Positions 8,976 to 15,414 of a stretch of 24,000 nucleotides of DNA are shown piece by piece. The translations under genes and the position numbers were made by a program. Positions within the stretch are counted from its first letter, which is position 1, and each line of letters starts with the position of its first letter. Location: NCBI RefSeq assembly GCF_003231495.1, contig NZ_PQWO01000015.1:1493-25492 (forward strand). The letters are read 5' to 3'. The DNA comes from Acaryochloris thomasi RCC1774 (GTDB lineage Bacteria; Cyanobacteriota; Cyanobacteriia; Thermosynechococcales; Thermosynechococcaceae). The notes below the pieces were generated by a model, which did no database searches, was not told where the DNA came from, and was given only the letters and a program-made list of their open reading frames with translations.

Positions 8976-10088
8976 TTATGCCCTAACGAGCTTTGGTGCC
9001 GCTCGTCTATCGCAAAATTGATCAATCACCTGATCTACTTTCTGAAAAAATATCGTTTCAGAGAAATTGGAAAGTGCATGTTCTTGAATACTACGATAAT
9101 CCCAGTTTATCCCTGCAGCTGAAGTAACAGCATCCTGAACAGACTCGGCAGTCTGGCTTTTGAAAAACACACCTGTCTGTCCCGGAACCTGCGTGTCTAA
9201 GACCCCACCTGCACCATAAGCAATGACAGGTGTACCGCTGGCATTCGCCTCTATTGGCACTAAGCCGTAGTCTTCTAATGCAGCAACTAGGACAGCTTGA
9301 GCGTGGGCCATCAACTCCATTCGAGTTGAATCAGACACCGGGCCAAGGAACTCAATATTAGAACCGGCTCTCGCTTTGAGCTGCATTTCTTCAGGCCCTT
9401 CGCCAATGATCTTTAGTGGCAGTTTGAGTGCATTAAAAGCATCAACAACAACATCAATTCGCTTGTAGCTCAGCAGACGAGAACAGACAAGATAGTAGTC
9501 TTGCTTCTGGCTCGAAAAGGAAAATTTACTGGCATCAATGGGATAATTTACAACTAATGCATTCTGAGAATAAATATTTTTAATTCTACTAGCCACGGTC
9601 GTTGAGTTCGCAATGTACAAATCTGGCTCTCTCGCCGAGGCAAGATCTGTACTTCTCATTGCTTGAAAGATGGGCTGAATGAGGGCATAGAATTTCTGGT
9701 ACCCTGAAAACTTTCTCAAGTATGTTTCGGTATCCCACAGAAAACGGGTGACGTTGTGACAGAAACAAATGTGTTGTGCGTCAGGGCGTTTACGTACTGA
9801 CTTCGCAAAGCTAGTGCTGCTGCTAATGAGTAAGTCATAGTCTCGCAAGTCCAAGGCTCGAAAGGCTGAATAATAGAATGGAGCCATAAGCCGAAAGTGT
9901 TTACTGGCTCCAGGGATATTTTGGAGAACTGTCGTTTGAACCGCTCGATCACCCAGTTCGATTGTCTCTACTGGGTCATAAAGCGACGTATAGATATCAG
10001 CGGTCGGAAAGTGATGGCACAGTAGCTTGAAAACTCGCTCTGCCCCCCCTCTTTGAGTTAAGTAATCGTGGATTAGTGCAATTTTCAT
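8976..10088 (-). CDS. Glycosyltransferase family 4
   Basis: The track ORF starts at a TTG (10214). The ATG at 10088 gives 'MKIALIHDYLTQRGGAERV...', a classic GT4 start. The C-terminal sugar-donor region is 'LEDYGLVPIEANASGTPVIAYGAGGVLDT'. Confidence 0.85.
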   Translation of the reverse strand: MKIALIHDYLTQRGGAERVFKLLCHHFPTADIYTSLYDPVETIELGDRAVQTTVLQNIPGASKHFRLMAPFYYSAFRALDLRDYDLLISSSTSFAKSVRKRPDAQHICFCHNVTRFLWDTETYLRKFSGYQKFYALIQPIFQAMRSTDLASAREPDLYIANSTTVASRIKNIYSQNALVVNYPIDASKFSFSSQKQDYYLVCSRLLSYKRIDVVVDAFNALKLPLKIIGEGPEEMQLKARAGSNIEFLGPVSDSTRMELMAHAQAVLVAALEDYGLVPIEANASGTPVIAYGAGGVLDTQVPGQTGVFFKSQTAESVQDAVTSAAGINWDYRSIQEHALSNFSETIFFQKVDQVIDQFCDRRAAPKLVRA

Positions 10089-10624
10089 GAACGATTCTGT
10101 GTTGGGAACTGCAAAAATGGGTGACGCGATGAAGAAAAATTGGGACAGGACGGCTGATTGACTCCATTTTAGGCGTTTTCTGACTCTAAGCTTAGCAATG
10201 AACCTTAGGGACAAACCTGGAGTCGTTCAGCCATACCGTTGCGAGCAATATGACTATCGTGGAGACAGCATAATTAAACGCACCCGCTTTTGGCTATTAG
10301 ACCTATTTGTTCATATGTCTTAACATGACTAGGGGACATTGGTTAGTATTTCAGACAACACCATGTAGCCAACCTTAATGGACGGATGGCTGTCTGCAAT
10401 GTTTCAGCACTGAGAACCACTGCCAACATAAGACCATGGCAGGTTGCTCATACTGTCACCCAGTTACTGAGGAAAAATAAGCCAATGATGGCAAGCGCTT
10501 AGAATCTTTTGCGGTAAGCCGCTTACCCCCTCATTCAGTATACTTTCCTGTTTTTTGAACCGCCACATCGTCTACGGTATGGGGCATTTATTTGAGCAGA
10601 TGTTGGATTTTGACGTTGGACTCA

Positions 10625-12439
10625 CTAAAGCTGATAGTTCTGCGCCTGTGTTCTAAACAAATGAGCATAGCTTTGATCTGCTGCCATGAGTTCAGGGTGT
10701 GTTCCCTGCTCGATGATTTCTCCCTGGCTCATGACATAGATGCGGTCGGCTAATTTGACGGTGGAGAGACGATGGCTAATAAGGATTGCGGCCTGTTGTT
10801 GAATGAGTTGACGGAATTGCTGAAAAACCTCAAATTCAGCCTTAGGATCCATGGCACTGGTGGGTTCGTCTAGGACAATAAGTTGAGACTCACGTAAAAA
10901 AGCGCGGGCAAGGGCAATTTTCTGCCACTGTCCGATGCTAAGTTCTTCACCCTGATCAAACATTTTGCCAAGGACGGTGGCGTACCCTTGGGGCAGTCTT
11001 GTGATGACGCGATCGGCACCTGAGCGGTAAGCGGCGGCCTGAACTTTGTTGTCTTCGGTAGAAATATCTATATTCCCAAGCCAAATATTATCTTGAGCAG
11101 TGAAATGATACTTTGCGTAGTCCTGAAAAATGACGCTAATTTGGCGCCTAAGCTCAAGGGTGCTAAAGTCCCGCAGGTCAATGCCATCGATGGTGATGCT
11201 GCCTTGGGTGGGATCGTAGAGGCGGCACAGTAATTTAATCAGAGTTGTTTTGCCTGAACCATTTTCGCCCACGAGGGCAACGACTTCACCCGGTTGGACT
11301 TTGAGGTTGATATTTTTCAGCGCTTGCCGCTGGGTGGTGCCGTACTGAAAGCTGACGTGGTTGAAGGTGATACCAGCTTGAAAGGGAATGGGGACTGGCT
11401 GATGCTGAGTGGGTTCTATCACCCTGGATTTGATGTCTAAAAATTCGTAGAGGTTTGCCAGAAACAGGTTGTCTTCATAGAGTCCTGAGATGCTGGTTAA
11501 GAAGCCTCTAAGGTTAGTTTGCCCTTTTTGAAGAGCCTGATAGTAGAGAACTAAATCGCCAAGCTGTAGGCTACCCTGCAAGGTTTGGTAAATGATGTAG
11601 GCAAAGATAGCGAAGACAAACAGGCCAGCACTGGCCTGGGCCCCAAAAAAAGCGGCAGAACGCTTGGATGCGATCGCAACTCGTTCTCGATAGAGCTGGC
11701 GTCTAATCTTCTGGTATCTTTGGCTGAACAGCTTCCCAAGGCCAAACAGGCGGATTTCCTTCGCAAACTGATCCGAGGTGAGCATCCATCCCAAATAACC
11801 GGATTGACGCTCAAGCTGGGTGCGACGTCGCTGCCAGCGGTAGACCACGCGAGAAAAAATGAGGCGCACACAAACCGCAGGAATAGCCGCCCCCATCAAA
11901 ACGACAATCACTCCCCAGTGAAGTGACAGCAATAGACCCGCCATAGCCGCAAGAGATAGACCATTTTGGCCGCACTGCGCCAAGTGACTCAGAATTTGTG
12001 TGGGTCGGAATGGAGCCTCTTGCTGGGCTCGCTGAAGTGTGTCGTAATAGCGAGAATTTTCGTAAAATTCGAGATCGGCCTCAATCGACTTTGCATGAAT
12101 AATACCCTGCATTGAGTCAGTGACTTGCTGTGCATGGGCCGTATTGACCAGCTCAGAAAGAGAGCTGCAGAGCGTCGTGAGTACCGTCACCAAAGCCGCT
12201 AATGCAATCAGAGGCAGAATACTCTCAAATGCAGCCTCCTTATTGGCCACCGTGAGGTTGGCGGTGACAGCATCAATCACTAGCTTCGTTAAGTAGATAG
12301 AAGCCAACGGCAGCAGCCCCTGGACAAAAATAAGGCTGATGCGGGCCACCGTCCAAGCGGGACTACTCTGCCACACCAGCTTCAACATCGGCAGCAGCCG
12401 GTTCATTCGCCGTAGCTGGCGTAAACGCGCGGCTGGCAT
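10625..12439 (-). CDS. ABC exporter, fused permease + ATPase (type I exporter; lasso 'D'-like position)
   Basis: An N-terminal roughly 6-TM domain is followed by an NBD with Walker A 'GENGSGKTT', signature variant 'LSIGQWQK', Walker B 'LIVLDEPTSAMD' and H-loop 'ILISHRL'. The ATG at 12439 ('MPAARLRQLRR...') avoids overlap with the upstream gene, whose stop is at 12459. The track start at 12496 is probably an over-extension. Confidence 0.9.
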   Translation of the reverse strand: MPAARLRQLRRMNRLLPMLKLVWQSSPAWTVARISLIFVQGLLPLASIYLTKLVIDAVTANLTVANKEAAFESILPLIALAALVTVLTTLCSSLSELVNTAHAQQVTDSMQGIIHAKSIEADLEFYENSRYYDTLQRAQQEAPFRPTQILSHLAQCGQNGLSLAAMAGLLLSLHWGVIVVLMGAAIPAVCVRLIFSRVVYRWQRRRTQLERQSGYLGWMLTSDQFAKEIRLFGLGKLFSQRYQKIRRQLYRERVAIASKRSAAFFGAQASAGLFVFAIFAYIIYQTLQGSLQLGDLVLYYQALQKGQTNLRGFLTSISGLYEDNLFLANLYEFLDIKSRVIEPTQHQPVPIPFQAGITFNHVSFQYGTTQRQALKNINLKVQPGEVVALVGENGSGKTTLIKLLCRLYDPTQGSITIDGIDLRDFSTLELRRQISVIFQDYAKYHFTAQDNIWLGNIDISTEDNKVQAAAYRSGADRVITRLPQGYATVLGKMFDQGEELSIGQWQKIALARAFLRESQLIVLDEPTSAMDPKAEFEVFQQFRQLIQQQAAILISHRLSTVKLADRIYVMSQGEIIEQGTHPELMAADQSYAHLFRTQAQNYQL

Positions 12440-12458
12440 AGACGTGCCTACGGGTGGC

Positions 12459-12911
12459 TCACAATAAATCGATGCCCAGCGACGGCATGGGGACAAATCG
12501 CTTCAGATCAGGCAATAGGCCAATGACGACAGAGCCCTCAAGCTCGATCCAAGCATGAGCCTCAAGGCAGTTATTCTGATCTTTGGCAACCCCAATACGT
12601 AAATCAGGCATATAGCCTCGGCGCGACATGAGAACCTGCGTCGTCAGCGCACGGGCAAGGCACTTGACGTGTCCCGGCATCAAATGACTGCTCACGTCCA
12701 CGGCCCAAACAATTTTATGAATCGAGCCGCAGCCAATGGAAGAGACCGGCAACGCCTGCGGGCTGTGACTTATCTTATAGAGAAACTGCTGTAGCCTCTT
12801 GAAGGGAAGTTGCCATAGCCCCAGACGCACCAACCCTAGCAGGATAAAAGCCTTTAATAGCAGCAGGCGATCTCTAGCAGGCAGGCGCACAAACTTAAGC
12901 AGTGACTTCAT
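12459..12911 (-). CDS. Transglutaminase-fold cysteine protease, lasso-peptide B2-like (McjB C-terminal-domain-like)
   Basis: Residue numbering follows the 153-aa track ORF. '...GHVKCLARALTTQVLMSRRGYMPDLRIGVAKDQNNCLEAHAWIELEGSVVIG...' matches the C...L..G....L..GV......AHAW.E..G pattern of lasso leader peptidases, with a candidate triad of Cys87, His122 and Asp138. It has an N-terminal hydrophobic helix. The ATG at 12911 (the track uses TTG at 12920) overlaps the upstream PqqD-like gene by 17 nt. Confidence 0.8.
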   Translation of the reverse strand: MKSLLKFVRLPARDRLLLLKAFILLGLVRLGLWQLPFKRLQQFLYKISHSPQALPVSSIGCGSIHKIVWAVDVSSHLMPGHVKCLARALTTQVLMSRRGYMPDLRIGVAKDQNNCLEAHAWIELEGSVVIGLLPDLKRFVPMPSLGIDLL

Positions 12912-13185
12912 CTTTAACAACTACGAGCTGCGCTTCAATCATATCGTTCAGAAGGGCAAAGACATCGGCTTCACACTGTGCCGGATCAACCTCATATTCC
13001 TGCAGAATGGCATCACAAATATCAGCCACGGCTTGAGGCTGCTGCAGCAACTTCCAAACGCTGGCCCCTACCTCATTTAGGCCGTAATACATGCCCGTTT
13101 TGAGGTTGAGAATCACAGACTCGTCCACCAACTCGGATGAGACTTGATCCGGTGCAATGACGACAATACTCTTTTTGCTAATCAC
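12895..13185 (-). CDS. PqqD-family RiPP recognition element (RRE), lasso-peptide B1-like
   Basis: 96 aa. 'ESVILNLKTGMYYGLNEVGASVWKLLQQPQAVADICDAILQEYEVDPAQCEADVFALLNDMIEAQLV' follows the PqqD-family pattern of beta-strands plus a winged helix (..lLN..tG.yy.LN..g..iW.ll....t...i...l...y.v.......Dv..fl..l...glv). The start is GTG at 13185, with an in-frame TGA two codons upstream. Confidence 0.8.
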   Translation of the reverse strand: MISKKSIVVIAPDQVSSELVDESVILNLKTGMYYGLNEVGASVWKLLQQPQAVADICDAILQEYEVDPAQCEADVFALLNDMIEAQLVVVKDEVTA

Positions 13186-13510
13186 AGGTCAGCTTAGATC
13201 GATACAACTAAAAAGACATCTTGAGATCCCTTGAACCCAACATCAACCCTGCTCTCTTTAGGCATTAGATTGATGAAGAATATTGTGGATTTCAAGCCTT
13301 CAATTTTTCACTCTTGAAATAAGTTAAGAGGAACATTGAGATTAGACAGATGCTTTAGAGACCCCCTATCACTAAGCTCTGCCGAATGTGCCTCCAAGCT
13401 AGCATAATATCCTCAGTCCTCCTACTCAAAACAGGTCGGACACATCCATCATCAAATCATGCTGTGACCATGCCCCAAAGACGGCAGAGAAAGACATAAC
13501 AGCTTGCCTT

Positions 13511-14356
13511 CTATCTCGCCCAGCGACTGCCCTTCCACAAACCGATCAGTAAAATAGCTGCGATCAACGCGCCGATATGCCACTTAACAGATTGCTTCAG
13601 CAGCCGGTTGCGCTGGCCCGTTAGTTTGATTAGCCGATTGCTTTCAAGCACCCGCTGGCGTTGAGCAAGGGCATCTGAGAACTGACCTCTTAAAGGCTCT
13701 ACATCTTCTGTCTCTGATGACGGTAGGTCGAGTTCTGCAACGCGATATCTCTGGGCAATCGCGGCCAACTGTGACGGTGTTGTTGCTTGCTGTACCAGCT
13801 CTTCCACCTGCTGTATTCGGACTAACTGCTGTTCGGTATTGATGTTGACCCGCTCTTGCGCCATTTGATCGAGCCGCAGCGTATCCGTAATACCTAAAGG
13901 AATCACCAACAGAAAGATCAGACCGGCCAACAACGTTATCCAAGACAGCAGCTTGAGAATCGGAAATTCCCATCTTGCACGGGGCTTCCGTTCACCGAAA
14001 AAGACCAGCAGCAGCCCTAGCAACGGCACCGGCACGCGCTCCACAAGTTGACCAATGGTTTGAAATTCCCAAGCTGGATCGGTAAAATAGGAGGGATAAA
14101 AGATTGCGGCCAAATCCAGCCCTACAAAGAGCAGTAGACCATAGCCGACCCAATGAAATAAGCTGGCGGCGCGAAAGACACTAAAGTAGAACTGCTGCAG
14201 TTCTCGGCTACTGTTTGGGAGACGCTTCTGCTGAAAGGGGTTACCACCCAATTTCTTCTTTGGAATCATAGACTTGAGAAGATACCTCACAGTAGTGCGG
14301 TTACGCTGGTCGTTAGTATATCCGAGCAAAAGTATCGTCGTATTGCTGGGTGACAA
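13511..14356 (-). CDS. Membrane protein with central coiled-coil segment (possibly HpsJ-family-like)
   Basis: It has three or four hydrophobic segments (LFHWVGYGLLLFVGLDLAAIF; VPVPLLGLLLVFF; LLSWITLLAGLIFLLVIPL; C-terminal IGALIAAILLIGLW). These flank a Gln/Glu-rich helical stretch (RLDQMAQERVNINTEQQLVRIQQVEELVQQ...). The track start is a TTG (14356), and ATG at 14269 is an alternative. The HpsJ resemblance is from memory of the family architecture only. Confidence 0.5.
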   Translation of the reverse strand: MSPSNTTILLLGYTNDQRNRTTVRYLLKSMIPKKKLGGNPFQQKRLPNSSRELQQFYFSVFRAASLFHWVGYGLLLFVGLDLAAIFYPSYFTDPAWEFQTIGQLVERVPVPLLGLLLVFFGERKPRARWEFPILKLLSWITLLAGLIFLLVIPLGITDTLRLDQMAQERVNINTEQQLVRIQQVEELVQQATTPSQLAAIAQRYRVAELDLPSSETEDVEPLRGQFSDALAQRQRVLESNRLIKLTGQRNRLLKQSVKWHIGALIAAILLIGLWKGSRWAR

Positions 14357-14396
14357 CGACTTGAAAACGGATAATGTGCATCCGTAAGAAGTGACT

Positions 14397-15257
14397 TCAG
14401 ACTTTTTGAGAATCAGAAGAAGTCTGATGAGCCTGACTAGGCTTCAGAACGGTTAGGCACAGGCTACCAAATAGGAGGACTGCGATACAAACAAATATCA
14501 ATGCTCCCCCCTGACTATGCCAATATTCAAAAGCAGCATTGTCTGGATAGGTTGAGAGAATCGCTAATAGGGCAACTCGGATAGCATTAACGAAAAAGCC
14601 CAAAGCCACTGCAACGATTGGCAGCAGAATTTTTTGGCTTTTGCGGGTGGGGAACAGGACAAGAAACAGGACTGAAACACCCAGCATATAAAGCATCAGA
14701 TTGAGTCCCGAACAGCTCGGAACAACTTCAACCCCCCCATCGGGTAACCGGATAATATTGTTATCGACCAGTGCGACCTGAGCGCCGGTATACCAGAGCA
14801 AAAAGGTTGAGAAAGCTGCGGTGAACGGGGCTAAAAGATTGGGAATCACAGCAAGGGCCAACCGAGGCAGTCCCAGAAAGAAAAAGATAATCAGCTCTTG
14901 GCGGTACTGTCCCAGACCTCGTAAGCCGGAGGCCAAGGTTCCAACGCTAATAAAGGCCAACAGTGGGAAAAAACCGACAAACTTTTCACCCGGAGTTCCC
15001 ACACTTTTTGCCAATAGCAAGCCCAAAAGCGCGATACTCACCAGAATTGAAATCAGGTCGCTATCGAGCCGTAGCTGCTCTCGCTTATCTGAGAGGGTGG
15101 ACCAGGCAGCAGCAATAAAGGTGATGCTGAGGGCTAGGTGAGAGTAAGTCTCCGCACTCACATTAAGGTGCAGAAAAATCGCGGCTAAGGCTGCTGAAAT
15201 AAGGATCAGGCCACGGACGGGGACTGTATAAGATTTTCCAAGGGTAGGATTAATCAT
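14397..15257 (-). CDS. Exosortase family protein (cyanoexosortase CrtA/CrtB type)
   Basis: 286 aa, polytopic. The three exosortase catalytic signatures appear in order: Cys in 'VEVVPSCSGLNLMLYM', Arg in 'FFVNAIRVALLAIL' and His in 'FEYWHSQGGALIF'. The start is ATG at 15257. Confidence 0.85.
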   Translation of the reverse strand: MINPTLGKSYTVPVRGLILISAALAAIFLHLNVSAETYSHLALSITFIAAAWSTLSDKREQLRLDSDLISILVSIALLGLLLAKSVGTPGEKFVGFFPLLAFISVGTLASGLRGLGQYRQELIIFFFLGLPRLALAVIPNLLAPFTAAFSTFLLWYTGAQVALVDNNIIRLPDGGVEVVPSCSGLNLMLYMLGVSVLFLVLFPTRKSQKILLPIVAVALGFFVNAIRVALLAILSTYPDNAAFEYWHSQGGALIFVCIAVLLFGSLCLTVLKPSQAHQTSSDSQKV

Positions 15258-15414
15258 AAAGATAAATTCTCGACTGCAGCAGAGCGGCGCTTTTTGCTTA
15301 AGCCATGGTCTGAAGATGGTTTAGATCTAAAGGGTGAGATAGCTTGGGTTCCATATCACCGCTGAGGGAACGGTGTAGCGTGACCCGGATGCCGTATGGA
15401 TTTAGGTTACTAGT

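Noticed and set aside
10436-10480. 14-aa plus-strand micro-ORF MAGCSYCHPVTEEK with a CxxC motif in the 536-nt spacer
   Set aside because: It has no Shine-Dalgarno sequence. It lies on the strand opposite to all neighbouring genes, and it coincides with a hairpin that generates complementary micro-ORFs on both strands. It is most likely a chance ORF.
12440-12496. N-terminal extensions suggested by the ORF track at 12496, 10214, 6440, 5665, 2622 and 12920
   Set aside because: Four of them (10214, 6440, 2622, 12920) begin at TTG codons, which I checked. The extensions create gene overlaps or non-homologous leader sequences. Internal ATGs give canonical family N-termini (MKILL…, MRIAFL…, MKIALIHDY…) and tidy intergenic spacing.
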